Below are positions 44,001 through 63,407 of a stretch of 64,000 nt of DNA, one piece after another. Below the pieces are notes generated by a model. The model was not told the origin of the DNA. It saw only the letters and a list, made by a program, of their open reading frames with translations, and did no database searches. Position 1 is the stretch's first letter. Every line of letters starts with the position of its first letter. This DNA is from the human T2T-CHM13v2.0 reference genome, Homo sapiens: the NCBI RefSeq assembly GCF_009914755.1, contig NC_060937.1; one strand, given 5' to 3'. The position numbers were made by a program, and so were the translations under genes.

Positions 44001-45927
44001 TACTTTTATGTAATTTTTAAATCAGATTGTATAGCATTGCTAAAATATAATTTACAAAATAATCCCTTGTGCCTTGGGACAATTATCCAGGCACCAAATT
44101 ATCATGATTAATGTACATACTCACTTAACATAAAAAAGCAACAGTATGCGGAACAAATGAATATAATCTTAACAAGGAAAGAAAATTAACCAAATAATTA
44201 TAATCATTAATTCAAATACAAGAAGCCAAACTTGAGGTAATAAAAATTACATTGAGATCCAAATTAAAATAATTTATTTTTTGTTTAAAATTTGATAAAA
44301 TGGGGACACATTCACAGAATATGAGAGTTTACCTAGAAATTAGATTTTTTTTGGTCAAAATTTCAACTTGTATAACTTTTATGTACTCTCTGAGAATTTG
44401 TTTTGGTATCTCCAGCCACAGTGATTACACTGCTTTGACAGGGAATGGGTTCCCACATCATAGGCTGCCTCTAATTCTAAGCATGTTTGCTTTAATTTCA
44501 AATTATGAAATGATTCAGTGAAATTTTTATACCTGTCTTTGTGCTCAGCTCCTCAGAGGTTTTTGAATGCAAACCCATTATGGCTGACAATGACTGCCTG
44601 TGTCTTTTCTCATGTCATCCACAACATAAGATATTTTTCATTTTGTTTTGTTCTGGGAACATTTCATGTTTTCCTTCCATGAATGATAGCATAATTCCAT
44701 AGTTTTCCATTCTCTTAAAAATGTTATTGAAACTTGGAAATAAGTCCAAAGGTGGGTGATGTATCCCATTTTTCATTATCATATCAGGGCAAAGACCCAC
44801 ATATGTATTTTCAACAGAAAGGTAATTAGTTTATCTTGTTGTTTTCTACTAAATGTCTCAGAGTTAGTTATGTCACTTGTTAACTGTTGTTTTCAGCCTG
44901 ACAAAGATGCATATAATGTTTGTCCAGTTGAACCAATAATACTGATGCTTTATGGTATGTGGGACATTATCCAGTTTGAAATCTGACCCAGCAATTTTAG
45001 TCCTGAGTTCTCTCATTGAATAATGTGTTAAAATCTTTAGCATATGTTCATTTTATATTTGTCTAGGAATAATGATTTTACCATTTTGAAAATTATGTGT
45101 TGTCATTTTATGTACCTGTCTCTATAACCAACTTGGCAACTGTCCTTTCCTGGTTGCATCAGTGTTCTATAGTTTATAGCAGGTTGTTTTGAATCAATTG
45201 ATGGGAGACATCAGTTTCCAATGCAATTACAAATAGAAAATGTACTCTTGTTCATAGAACACAATTTGTTGAACACTATCAAACTTTCTGATATCCATAA
45301 AAAGCTTGATGTACTACTTTTTATTGCTGCATTACTATTTATTCAATGGCCAATAACATATGAATTACACAGGGTCATAAATGTTCTTAAATTATAATTT
45401 GAGGGCAGTTTATATTATCCTATTTCCAATAAAATATATTGATGTATTTTATAAAGCATAATCCTATACTTGGAAGATAATATAAATACATACCTTAGCA
45501 AACAATCATTTGCCATCATATGTTTTACCAATTATGTCAGATCCAAATTAATTAACATAACTTTTCAGAGACCTCCAACATCAATGTAAATCTCATCCTG
45601 TTTTGCCTTTTTTAAATGAATGCATTCCTTGTTCATTTGATAATTGCATATTTGAAACCTCTTATCTACATGGAAATACCATCAGCACTAGTACTTTATA
45701 CAGTTACATAGCAACATTTTCCTAATTTATATAAACTTAGTTCCCTAAAGCATTTCTGAGAGATAATGTTAAAACTTAATTGAAAGTCAAAATTAAGTGA
45801 ACTCTACTTACAAAACAAATATAGAATTTGGTTACTGATATGCATCAGTTTGCTGATGATTTCATAATTCAAGAAGAATTAATCTATCAAATGTGCAGCA
45901 AATCAAATATACTAAAAAAGTTTGTGG

Positions 45928-45957
45928 GTGTGTGTGTGTGTGTGCATGTGTGTGTGT
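45928..45957. repeat. Interrupted (TG)n microsatellite
   Basis: Read directly. Confidence 0.85.
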
Positions 45958-47551
45958 CTTGGCTGCAGTACCACACAACTGAGTTCCAAAAAACTATAGT
46001 CATGGCATTTGCTGTTATATAGAACATACTTTGAATGTTGCTGAAATATAGATTATCATCATGACTGGCTCAACACTATGTTATTTCCCCATCCACATGT
46101 CTATACTGCCTTATAGGCCAAGTCGTTTTTCTTCATTTTCAAACTATATTTCTACATTTATTAATGATAATATTTTGTCCTTCTTTATTCTATATAAATA
46201 TTATCACTGCTTTATTAGTTCTATTGTCATATCCATAATCCTGTAATATTTAACCTAATACTAATAATATATATGATAATTTATGATAACCTATGTCCAA
46301 TGATACAATTTCTTAAATACATATACATTGAGTGCTAAAATAAACTGGTGTTCTCCATTGATTTATTCAGTGCTGTTTCCCTTTAATTGGGAATAAAATT
46401 ATTGCTGTTAAATATCAGTATGAAAGTTGTACAGAAGTCATTATTGAGTCATTTGTGTTTTCTCCAAATTTCTCTCCATTGTCACAAATTTATATTACAT
46501 CAGGACTATTAAAGAAAAGTCCTATTACCAAGTGCCTTTATTCTGGTAACACTTGAAACAAAAAACAAAAAATGTTGCTTATTTTTCTTTTTTCCCCAGA
46601 TATATATTTTTTGTATCAGGCATTCATCAAACATGATGAAGAACATTATGAAAATAAAGAACATCACATTTGGTCAAGGAGCACTTATTGGTACAATGCA
46701 GATAAAGTGATGAGAGAGACAAGTGCCCTTCATTCATGGAGCAAAAAGTTTAACAATAAACATTAAATAGCTTACTATAAGTGTGATGCAATTTATGAAT
46801 GAGAGGTGACAGATAATTACGGAGGTTTACGGTAAAAAGAATTCACCCACTCTTGGGGTCTCATGACACTTAAATTTAAACTTTAGGGTATATGTTTTCA
46901 CTACTGTTTTAATGCACTAAAGGACTAGACATTCTTTCTAGTCCTTCCAGAGATGCCAGAAATGTATTCTTTCTAGTCTATTCCAGATATACTGGAAACA
47001 AATAATTTACCTTATATGTTTCATCAGAACCCCAATGAAACATATAACTTGAAATTTGTTTTAGTTGTAGTTTTGAAAAACCCATTTTTAATTGGAGATC
47101 TCTTGAATTTAAATCAGTTTATAATGTATAGTACTGTATAGAAGTGCACCTGGAGAAGAATTCCACTATTTTGCCAATAAAATTAGTTTATCATACTTGA
47201 ATTTTTGTTTTTTAATGTTTGGCAAAATTTCTTCATGGTCTTGTATTTTTCTATGAAGAAGTACACAACATCTTTTTTACTCCATTTTTGCAGCTATTTA
47301 CAAACGTTGATTAACAACATTATTTCATTGGGATTGAAATATAATATTATAATTCTATCATTTCTTCATTTATATTTAGAACAGTTTTTATAAAAAGAGA
47401 ATCAGACCACAAATATTTAAACACACTGATAGAAAGTTCATCAAAATTCATGAAAGAAAGCCAGGATATATACTTAAGACTTTTTCTTTCAAGTCTTTCA
47501 AATTATTCTGTTACCCAGTTAACCATTTAATAAAAACAATCACTGTATTAA

Positions 47552-48074
<523 letters not shown>

Positions 48075-48177
48075 TAATATGTTTAAAGTGTGTTTAACAC
48101 GTTTTGGTTTCCTCTTCATTGATGTTCTGGGCCCAAGCTTCTAAGAGTGTGGCCTCTCTGGTTTACCTACCTATTAG

Positions 48178-48534
48178 TGTATTTCTTAGTTAATTTGTGC
48201 TGCTATGACAAAATAGCTGAGACTAGGTAATTTATAATAAACAGAATTTTTTCCTCAGATTTCTGGAGGCTGAGAAGACAAGATCAAATGCCAGCATTTG
48301 ATCTGGTGAGGGCCTTCTTACTGTGCACAGAAGGCTGAAGGGAAAGCTAGCTGAAGGCTGCATGAAACCTCTTTTATAAGGCCCTTAATTCCATTAATGA
48401 GGAAGGAGCCCTCATGAATTAATCACCCCAAGGCCCCACGTCTTAATACCATCAAACTGGCAACACCTGAATTTTAGAGGGATTTAAATTGGAGCATGAA
48501 GTTTGAAGGGGACAAACACATTCAAACCGTACCA
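48178..48534 (-). mobile_element. MaLR LTR (MST/MLT1A-like)
   Basis: tcttagt...tgctgctatgacaaaata..tgagactaggtaatttata...ttctggaggctgagaag...ttcaaaccgtacca. Confidence 0.85.
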
Positions 48535-48547
48535 AGAGCTTTCAGAA

Positions 48548-48760
48548 TCAGCATAGCATAGTGCTTTAAAATGGGCACTGAAGCCAGTCTGCCTAGATAC
48601 ATGTGCAATTTACAAACTTGAGAATCTGATGAAATTATTTAAACTCTGTGCCTGGACTAACTCATTTAGAAAACAAACAAGATCATGGTACCAGTCCAAA
48701 GGAATTTTGCTGAAGATTAAATAAATTAATATATGCAACATACTCTGAAGAGTGCACATT
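48548..48760 (+). mobile_element. Degenerate MIR
   Basis: cagcatagcatagtg...gaagccagtctgcct...tgaagattaaataaattaatatatg. Confidence 0.6.
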
Positions 48761-48903
48761 ACATATATTACATTGACTAGTTTTCTTTCGTCTTCTATTC
48801 CATCAAATTTTCCTGCCCATGTCCTCAGAGAAGTTCCCTGATATATAAGGGAAACTATACCATCCTTTAAATCATGGCACTTAGGTCACACCTCTATATT
48901 TAG

Positions 48904-50300
<1,397 letters not shown>

Positions 50301-51323
50301 TTGTTATTTGTTAAAAAAAAAAAAAAATCATTATTTTGCAGGGAACTAAAATATAGTGATGCCGACCTTAGCAAAATTAGGCCATGATAAAGAATTTTGG
50401 AAAACCAGGAGATAGTCACACATTTTTTTTTGTCTGAGAAATAATGTGCTATATTCATTAAGCATTTGCTCAACTAAAATAATTCAGAAAATGTAGTGGT
50501 TAGCAAAGCAGCACATGCTATATGTATTGTGAGAATGTCTTACTAATGCATCCATAAGTTTAAATTGTTCAGCTGAACAGGAATTGAATAGTTCCTATGG
50601 ATCTTTAGTGATATATAATTCGAATCCATGTGACATATGTAAGATATGCTTTCACATGGTTTGTAATCACAATTTTTTTGAATGTTACATTATATTCCAT
50701 GATCCCTCTCTGTTCAATTATACTGTATTATTTAACATCCTTCTGTAAAGTTTTTCCAAACATTAGTATTAAAAATGAATACATTAATGAATGGTTTTTT
50801 AATTAAATAAACTTGAATTTAAATGGACATTTTCCTTTTACTGAACCGTGTCATTTTGTGTGTATTTTAGTACTGTAATTTAAATCAAACCATAGCTTCC
50901 AAGCATTGTTTCACCTGGAAATTTAACAAGTTGTAGTATAAAACTACTAGCAACCCATTTCATTTTTATGGTAAGAGCTGGATACACTACTACATAGTTT
51001 TCAAATGATATGCCATACTTTTAAATGCTTTTCAATCTTGGCAATTATATTTTCTTGCCTCTACAATTTAAACTGGTCATGTGACTGATAACTGTCTTTC
51101 TTTTGATTATCTGGATTTAATTCTCAGTTAAATGTCTTAACTTTATGCATATCATTGGAAACATCTATGATTTTTACAATTTATTATAGCATAACCCCTC
51201 CTAATATGTCATTATCTTCTCCACCATCAAATAATCTTAACTGCCTCATCATATAGATGGTATAGGTTTGTATACTGCTTTCCTATAGGCAGTGAGTATA
51301 GCAATTTTTCAGGAAATCCTGTT

Positions 51324-51329
<6 letters not shown>

Positions 51330-51356
<27 letters not shown>
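51330..51356. repeat. (GT)n microsatellite
   Basis: Read directly. Confidence 0.95.
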
Positions 51357-51358
<2 letters not shown>

Positions 51359-52489
51359 TTTAAAAATCTAGTTGAAGCTGAAATATGAAAAAGCAACGTA
51401 GAGCCACATATTGGGTAGCTTAAAAAAATGACAGTGACTGTTATCCAAAGATTACCCAGTTTCTACCAATTTCACCCTAAACTCTAGTCACTAAAAAATA
51501 CTCATTAAAAAATAATCACTATCACTTGGGTCAAAACTGCTTCTCAGAGCAATGTCCCACCTTTCAAATATTGAGTCCCTGCCTCTTTGTTAAAAAGTGG
51601 TATGAACCGTCTTTCCCAAATATAACTTGATCTCAGTGTTCTACACTTTCCTGACAGAACACAAAGTTTGAGTATTATAAATGAGAAGTGTCTTAAATAC
51701 TGACCTCTTATTTAGAGTAGTTAAAGAGGTGGCTTATATACAATGTACGTAACAGCAGAATGATTTCTTACATATACTGCTCAGTACTAAATTATAGAAA
51801 AGTTGGTAAAATTTAATTTAAAGTGTGTCTTTGAAATTCACCATTTCTATAGCAGGAAGTTTGGAAAAATGATATGAACTGACACCATTATCTTGATATC
51901 TGTCAGGGATTTGGCTATTGACATGAAAAAAAGACTGCTCTGTCTTTCCAAATAATAGAAAGCTCTTTACATTTTAAAATGAAAGCCATTTACTAGAAAG
52001 CTTTTGAAAAGCATGTTTCTATGAGTTTTAAATACAAATCAGAAAGTAATCATTCCAACTGGTAATAGAAACAGGAAGACATTTGTGCAACTCCAGTTAC
52101 TATTCTAGGGATCTTGCCACTGGGCCACCATTAAAATTGAGTTGACTTTGATTATAAATGACAATTTTCTAGTATAAGCTTTGCAATTATTTTAATTGCA
52201 CTGGATTTCAAAAAATTATAAAATGTTTCTGTATTGAATTCTTACATTTTAGATTTTATTACTCTAAATGTTTAAAGATCAAAGCATATGAAAATGAGAA
52301 AAATTCCTAACAATATTCCTCATTTTAATGTTATGTTTCGATCTTCTAGAGAAAACAGTTTATTTTTCTGTTTAAAAGTTCAAAATGTATGGGGGAATGT
52401 GGAAAACCCAAGAATACATTAAACAACTCTAACTGTAAAGGTTACAGCAATTACTTTATTTTTAAAATTTTTTTAAATTTTTTATTGCT

Positions 52490-52917
<428 letters not shown>

Positions 52918-53318
52918 TTTAAACCAAAAATAAAATTATAAGTCCCCAACCCCACTATCTGAATGGAGCCCTCCTCTCAACCAAGGAATTCCAAAAAGTT
53001 AACCTGAAAAACTGGTTCAGGCTATGATGGGAACAGAGGGTTGGAAGTGCCCCATTATACCCTCCTTCCTTTGGGAATTCAGGAAAAGCCCACCAACATT
53101 TAACATCAACACAGACCTTAAGTCTCATAAGAAACATTTACAGTCTATTTTCTCTGAAGCCTGCTATCTGGAGGTCTCATCTGCATGATAAAACTTTGGT
53201 TTCTATAACCCCTTATCATAACCCAGACGTTCCTTTCTATTGATAACAACTCAACGAATTGCCAATCAGAACATTTCAAAGTCTACCTATAACCTGGCAG
53301 TCCCGTTTCGAGTTGTCC
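52918..53318 (+). mobile_element. MER4-family LTR, 5' half
   Basis: tttaaaccaaaaataaaattataagtcccc...ccaaggaattccaaa..gttaacctgaaaaactggttcagg; preceded by TSD GTTG (52914-52917). Confidence 0.9.
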
Positions 53319-53835
53319 TGTCAGTGGTGTTTGAACCAAAGCGAGTCCATTTTGAGTGAGGGCTAGGAAAATGAGGCTGAGATTTGCTGGGCTGCATTCT
53401 CAGAAAGTTAGGCATTCCTAGCTTCTAGGTACTTACGGTTAAGGAACAAATTAATATGTTTACCAAACAGACCCAGACTTGGGAGTGTCTAGATATCCCA
53501 ATATCTGTAGAACAAAGGCATTCCTAATTTTGTTTTAAAGATAATAATATCCATTCTTGCAAAAGGTAGTAATTAAAAAAATTAGCCCTTTATCACAAAC
53601 CCTTGTAGTAGAGCACATTTCCCCATATATGCAAGGATTGCACCTAGGGTGGATGTGTTCCTCCTCTTAGTTTCAGGAACATCCTACTTTGTCTGTGGAG
53701 TAGCTGTCCTTTCACCACTTTACTTTCTTAATAAACTTGCTTGTACTTTGCACTGTGGACTCACCCTGAATTCTTTCTTGCGTGAGATCCAAGAACCCTC
53801 TTTGGGGTCTGAATTGGGAGCCCTCTCCTGTAGCA
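53319..53835 (+). mobile_element. MER41-family provirus 5' LTR
   Basis: tgtcagtggtgtttgaacc...ccattttgagtgagggct...aataaa...tcctgtagca; preceded by TSD GTCC. Confidence 0.92.
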
Positions 53836-56800
53836 TATTTCTGGCAGCCACGAAGGGACTATAGTACAGAAACCTTGACCCAACGTTTATGTTTGGTTAA
53901 GTGTTGGGGTCCTATAATTTATTTCTGGTGGGCCATGGAAGGGATGCTACTGAAGAAACACCCCCAGTCCAAAGGGAATAGACTGCAACACTGATTGGAT
54001 GACTTTGGGAAAGTGGTGAGGTACCTGGGCAAAGCATGGGATTGGGTTAGAGGCCCAACTTAGGGGAGTTAGAGTCTCTCCTAAGACAGAGTGGATTAGA
54101 GGACCCTCTTAATAAAAGGCAAGGACGCTTCACCGACTTTGAGTTAGAGGCCCGGCTTAGGAAGGTTAGAGTCCCGTCTAAGATTTAGGGGGCTAGAGGC
54201 CCCTCTCAGTAAAGTCCCTCTCAGCTAAGAATGGGTTAACACCACAGGCTATGCTCTTTGTATTAATCAGCCTTGTTCTCTTTGCTGCATGAATCAATTT
54301 CTTGGTTGCTGTCTCTGTTTCACGGTCATTTTCAGGAGACTTTACTGAACTGGTCTTAGTGATTTTAACTTAAACTCTTTTCCTATGTGCCCCCATATTT
54401 CCATCCGTTTGCTTGTGAAACATAGGGAACAAAAAGGATTGAAGGTTCCAGCTCTAAAATTGCTGATGGAGACTTAGTATTTAACAGCTATGAGCAATAA
54501 GATTAAAGGGATGTAGTTACGTTTTGTTGCTGCCGTGCCGACTAGGTGTGATCGAGAAGAACGGGGATGGAAATCAGAGGACTCTTCTTGCTGTTTTGTT
54601 TCATTTTGCACACTAAAAACCACTTCTTTCCTTTCTTGGTTTGGGTAAGCCGGCTTTGCTTGTGCAATCCACACTACCACTATTACCCAGAGCCTGCTTG
54701 CACTGGTCATTCTCTTCTAAATCCTCTTCATTTCCTTTGCCTTATTCAACATTTTTGTAGAAGTTCGTGTTGTGGTTTATCTAAGATTCATGGCTTGGCT
54801 CACTTATATTATTTGGATAATGTGAATAAGAGAATTCAATTTCAGCAGGGATCCCTTCATTAATGCAGCCAGCCTTAAAAACCTCTCTTATCCTTTTTAG
54901 TGGAACTCAGCCAGTGGCAATACAGTCTCTCAGGTTTGGAACTTTTATTTCAATATCGCCTGACTCCTTCATGGGTACCACAGCATCGATTCCAAAGAAC
55001 TCACCACTAAGATGTATTCTTGAACATTGGGACCAGCTTAAACTGAATAGGCTTAAGAGAAAACTGGTGTTTTTATGTAATACTGTTTGTTCTTGGCATT
55101 ATTTGGAAAAGCAAGAGAAATCGCCTCCTACTGGAACTATGACTTTTAGTACTATATTTCAACTTGATTTGTTTTGTAAGTGGGAGGGAAAATGGGATGA
55201 AATAGCATATGTTCAAGCATTTTTGCTGCTCAGTCAAGTTAAAACCCTGCAGCAGGCATGTGCATGTTTGATGAGAGGAAAAGAAGAAAAGAGCTAGACA
55301 TACTAGATGATCCTTTAATGCAAGCTCCACCCCCAGTTCAGTGGGCCGTTTTGGGTGGAGCAGACCCTCCTCTGTCAGCTCTGAAGGTTTAGATGTGTTG
55401 GTTCTTTCTCCCTCTAGTCCACCTGAAAGTTCCATTGAGAACCCTTTGTCCCCTCCTCCTTATCCCTCTAGTCCCACTCTACACCAACCACTCCCTGAGG
55501 AACTTAGCCCAGTGAGTACTATTCTTGTAGTGGAGCCTCCTATCAATCTCCAATGGGAAATCTTTCTGCACTTAGAGAGGTGGCAAGGCAAGTGAGGAAG
55601 AGGCACTGTGAAAGTACATGTTCCTTTTTCTATGTCTGATTTGGCTCTATATAAAGACAAATTTGGTCATTTCTCTGAAGATCCAGGAAAATTCATAGAT
55701 GATTTGATAAATTAACTGACCTATAGTTTAACTCGGCAGGATCTGCATTTGTTGTCTCTGTGTTGTACAGTGACAGAGAAACAATGCCTTTTGGGGACAG
55801 CTGGATCCATGCAGATGAAGTATTGGCTTGCAATCCAAACCATAATATATCAGGCCGGAGGTATACGAGCTCCAAATCAAGATCCAAAGTGGAACTATCA
55901 GTGGGGCAGTGAGGACTTGGGGAGGAGAGATCATATGGTCACTTGTTTGTCGGAAGGGATGAAGAAATGTATGAAAAAGTCTGTGAACTATAAAAAGGTT
56001 AAGGAAGTTTCTCAGGGTAAAGATGAGAATCCAGCTTTGTTTCAAGAGCGTTTAGATGAGGCAATCAGGAAATGTACTAACACTGATCCTGCCTCAAGGA
56101 AGGATAGCCCTTTTGGGAGTACATTTTATAACCCTGTCTGCTCCTGATATCCATAGGAAACTATGAAAAGCAGCTATGGGTTCCCAAAGTCCTGTGGAAC
56201 AGCTTGTGGATGTCACATTTATAGATTTTTATAACAAGGACAAAGCAGAGGAAGTAGAAAGAGCAAGAAGGACCTCCCACAAGGTGCAGCTCTTGGCTGC
56301 AGCCTTAGGCTCACCTCCCACATGGAGTTGCCCTCCTGCCTGTTGACCTGAACAAGGGAAGCTGAAAGGTGGAAGCCCAAAGCTGGATATCCGAGTCAGT
56401 GTGCCCTGGGCATGAATCAGTGTGCACAGTATAAGAAAACTGGCCATTGGAAGAGGGATTGCCCAGCGTTCCAAAGGAAGCCTTTGACACTCAAACCAAT
56501 GATGGCTGAAACAGCCAGGCAAGCCCAAGAGTGACGGGGCAGAGACCTTCCACCACAGCTCCCACTGGACAACTAGTCGTGTCTCTGGAGAAGCCTCAGG
56601 TAACCTTTGACATGACAGGTAAGAATATTAACTTCCTTCTGGACTGCTTACTTTGTTTTGACCCATTATAGTGGGCCTCTGTCACTGCAAAACTTTATGG
56701 TCGAGGGGATAGATGGACATAGATGACACTTTACCTATCCTTTAAGCCGCTCTTCAGGGACTTTGGTTTTCTCCTGGATGCTCCACCCTTTGTTGGGAAG

Positions 56801-57324
56801 GGATTTGTTAACTCAGCTACAAACAGTAGTATCTTGGAAATTGCAAGGCAGACAGAAATTGCTCCTTCTCCTTTCCTGTGAATAAATATCATGCTTTGTT
56901 GCTAGATGCTCCTGATATAACACTTAACGTATGCCAAATTTTGAATCCAGCTACCTATTTGCCTGAACTCACAGGTACCCTACCTAGATCATTCTTGTAT
57001 ACAAGTTATGGAGCAAGTTTACTCCAGCTGTCTGGATTTAAAGGATGAGCCTCTAGATAACCCTGAGGTAGAATGGTTTACAAATGGAAGTAGCTTTGTG
57101 CACCAGGGAAACAGGACAACAAGCTGTTAATACCAGGTGCTAATCATTGGAAAATAGTTAAGCATTTCCATGACTCTATTCATTAGGGAAGAGATTCCCT
57201 GTTTCGAATAATGTCCTGGCTTTTCATAGGAAAAGGCTTACTTAAAACAGTAAAGCAGGTAACTAGGACCTGTGAACTATGTGCCTGGAATAACCTAAAT
57301 AACCAACCTTTAACTTGTCCTCTT
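53836..57324 (+). mobile_element. ERV1 internal region: leader, decayed gag, remnants of pro, RNase H and integrase
   Basis: Gag start MGTTASIPKNSPLRCILEHWD (54971), VHVPFSMSDL, EVSQGKDENPALFQERL, zinc knuckle CAQYKKTGHWKRDC (~56420-56463), NFLLD of protease, WFTNGSSF of RNase H (~57075), CELC of the integrase zinc finger (~57271). Confidence 0.92.
53842..53859 (+). other. Retroviral primer-binding site, tRNA-Arg type
   Basis: tggcagccacgaagggac just after the LTR, versus TGGCGACCACGAAGGGAC (complement of a tRNA-Arg 3' end). Confidence 0.8.
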
Positions 57325-58800
57325 ATTTCTTTTGATATATATTTCTTTTGATATAAATCCCAGAAGTGGGATTGCTAGATCATATGGGAGTTGTATTTTT
57401 AATTTTTTGAGGAATATCCATGCCATTTTCCATAATGGCTATCCAAATTTACCTACCCACCATGGGTATAAAAGTGTTCCTTTTACTGCATATCCTTGCC
57501 AACACTTGCTATGTTTTGTCTTTTTGATAATAGCCATTCTAACAGGTGTGAGGTGATCTCTCTCATTGTGGCTTCAATTTGCAATTCTTGGATGATAGTG
57601 ATTTTGAGCATTTTTTTCATATACCTGTTAGCTATTTATATGTCTTCATTTTAGAAATTTCTATTCATGTCCTTTGCCCATTTATTCGTTTGTTTTTTCA
57701 CTTGAGTTATTTGAGTTCCGTTTATATTTTGGATATGAATCCCTTATCAGATGTATGGTTTTGCAAATCTTCTTTCCAATTTCATAGGTTGTCTCTTTAC
57801 CTGGTTGACTGTTTCCTTTGTTGTGAAGAGGCTTTTTAAGCTTGATACAATCCCATTTGTCTATTTTTGCTTTTGTGGCCTATGCTTCTGGGGACATATC
57901 CAAAAAACCATTGCCCAGCCAAATGTCAAGGAGCTTTTTTCCTACATTTTCCTCTAGTAGGTTAAACATTTTAATTAAAGAGTTATATTTAAGTCTTTAA
58001 TTAATTTTGAGTTGATTTCTTCATAAGGTATGAGATGAGGGTCTAATTTCATTCTTTCGGATATGGATATCAAGTTTTACTAGCATAATTATAGAAGGGA
58101 CAGTACTTTTCTAATTGTGTGCTATTGGCATCTTTGTTGAAAATCAATTGACTGTAAATATGTGAATTTATTTTGGGGCTCTCTAATCTGTCCCATTCAT
58201 CTATGTGTCTGTTTGTGTGACAGCATCGTGATGTTTTGATTACTATAGCTTTGTATTACATTTTGAAGTCAGGTACTGCGAGGTCTCAGGTTTGTTCATT
58301 ATGCTCAAGATTGCTATGCCTATATAGTATCTTTTGTGGTTCCATGCAAATTTTAGGACTGCTTTTTCTATATCTGACATTTCTATGAGAAATTTCAATA
58401 TGAGTTGTAATAAATGTAGAGATAGATTTGAATAGTATGGGCATTGAAACAATATTGGTTTTTTCCAATCCAAGAATACAAGATATCTTTTCATTTTTGT
58501 CTTCTTCAGCTTTTTCTATCAATAGTTTGTATATTTTAGTGTATAGATATTTTACCTCCTTGGCTAAATTTATTTGTGAATGTTTTATTTTATTTATTTA
58601 TTTGTAACTATGGTAAAAGTGTTTTTTTTAACATTTTTTTCCAGATTTTATTGGTTAGAGCATAGAAATAATATTGATTTTTCTATGTTGATTTTTGTAT
58701 CCTGCAAATTTACTAAATTCGTTTATTACTTTTTACTTTTTTTTGGTGGAGTCTTTGGGGGTTCTATATATAAAATGATGTAATCTGCAAATAGGGACAA
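57325..58800 (-). mobile_element. L1MA-type ORF2 3' region, upstream half of an L1 split by the inversion
   Basis: ORF 58243-58494(-) contains IEKAVLKFAWNHKR, matching ORF2p; ends in ...gatctagcaatcccacttctgggatttatatcaaaagaaat. Confidence 0.92.
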
Positions 58801-59754
58801 TTTTATAAGAAATTTCTAATAATTAACTATTTCTCACTTTTAATTTAGAACAGTAAATAGAAACCATTTTCATAGCTTAAGTAATAATTTTATCAAGTTT
58901 TATTTTTATACTCTGACTTTCCCTAAAATAGCTATCTGAAATATTAAAAATAGTGACCCTATCTGGCTTTCATATTTTCTTGTTATCACTCTCCTGGCCT
59001 GTCAAAAGATAAATGATTTGATTATTGCAGGTTTCTAATTTTTCAGCTATTAGCATACGACTTGACAAGACCAAAACTACCAAAACATATTTATGACAGC
59101 TTGCAGCTTGTTTTCCCTCAAAACTAATTTGTTTTTCATAGTTTTTTAATAGAATCTCATAACTTACATTGGTCATCTTGAAGCTGCTAATTCATAATAC
59201 AGTCAAACAGGTACCAAATCATAATACTGGGATTTGCATGTTTCTTCTTATTTGCTCAATTACAGCCTCTCAAAAGTTTTTTGAACAATTTCAGGTTCTC
59301 AAAGATTTTTAAAGTATATGAAGAGGAAAATTGTTCAATGAAAGCTGAATATTTACACATTGAATTATCAATATATCTCATCTTTGATTAGTATTACATA
59401 CAACAAATGACAAGCACATCATTTAACTCAAAATACTTATTTTCGAAAATGCTATTATAATATAAAAAGATAAAATTATTAAGCAACACCTAGTAAAACC
59501 ATTGTTTATAAGAAGCACTTTCTCGTAGGTGTCAGTATAAAGTATACACAGATTAAATTAATCCTGAAATAGTTCCCAGACCTTAGTAAACACTTTTAAT
59601 GACAAATTTGAGTGTTTGTCCTACTGAAACTTTCTAAGTTTTGGTTAGTTCAGTATAGAAAATTTACTGAATCTATTACTACAATGCAGATCTATCATAG
59701 TTTTTTTCTGAGTTAATTTTCTTCTTTTTTTCCAGACGCTGAAAATAATTTTGT

Positions 59755-59922
59755 ATTATTTATTAATTTATTTTTTAATTTGCATAAATGTATGGGGTAA
59801 AAGTGCGGTTTTGTTACATGGATATATTGTGTAGGGAAATAAAAGTGTTTAGTATACCATCACTTGAATCACGTATGTTGTGTCTGTTAAGTAATTTCTT
59901 ATCATTCCCCCTCTCACCTCTC
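59755..59922 (-). mobile_element. Short L1 3' end (L1PB/L1MA-like)
   Basis: T-rich tail, then tatggggtaaaagtgcggttttgttacatggatatattgtgtag...gtaatttcttatca. Confidence 0.75.
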
Positions 59923-59926
59923 TGTG

Positions 59927-63317
<3,391 letters not shown>

Positions 63318-63407
63318 TATATCCCCCCTTCCTTTACAAGAGGACCCTTAATCCTAAGGGTTGCAGAGGGACGAAGATCCATCTTTGATAACCTCTTCAG
63401 GCTGAAT
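63318..63407 (-). mobile_element. 3' stub of ERV internal region with polypurine tract
   Basis: ggaaggggggatata directly upstream of the 3' LTR on the minus strand. Confidence 0.8.

Noticed and set aside
54863-56528. Possible domesticated gag gene
   Set aside because: Broken into several frames by stops and frameshifts, and the zinc knuckle has a Cys-to-Tyr change.
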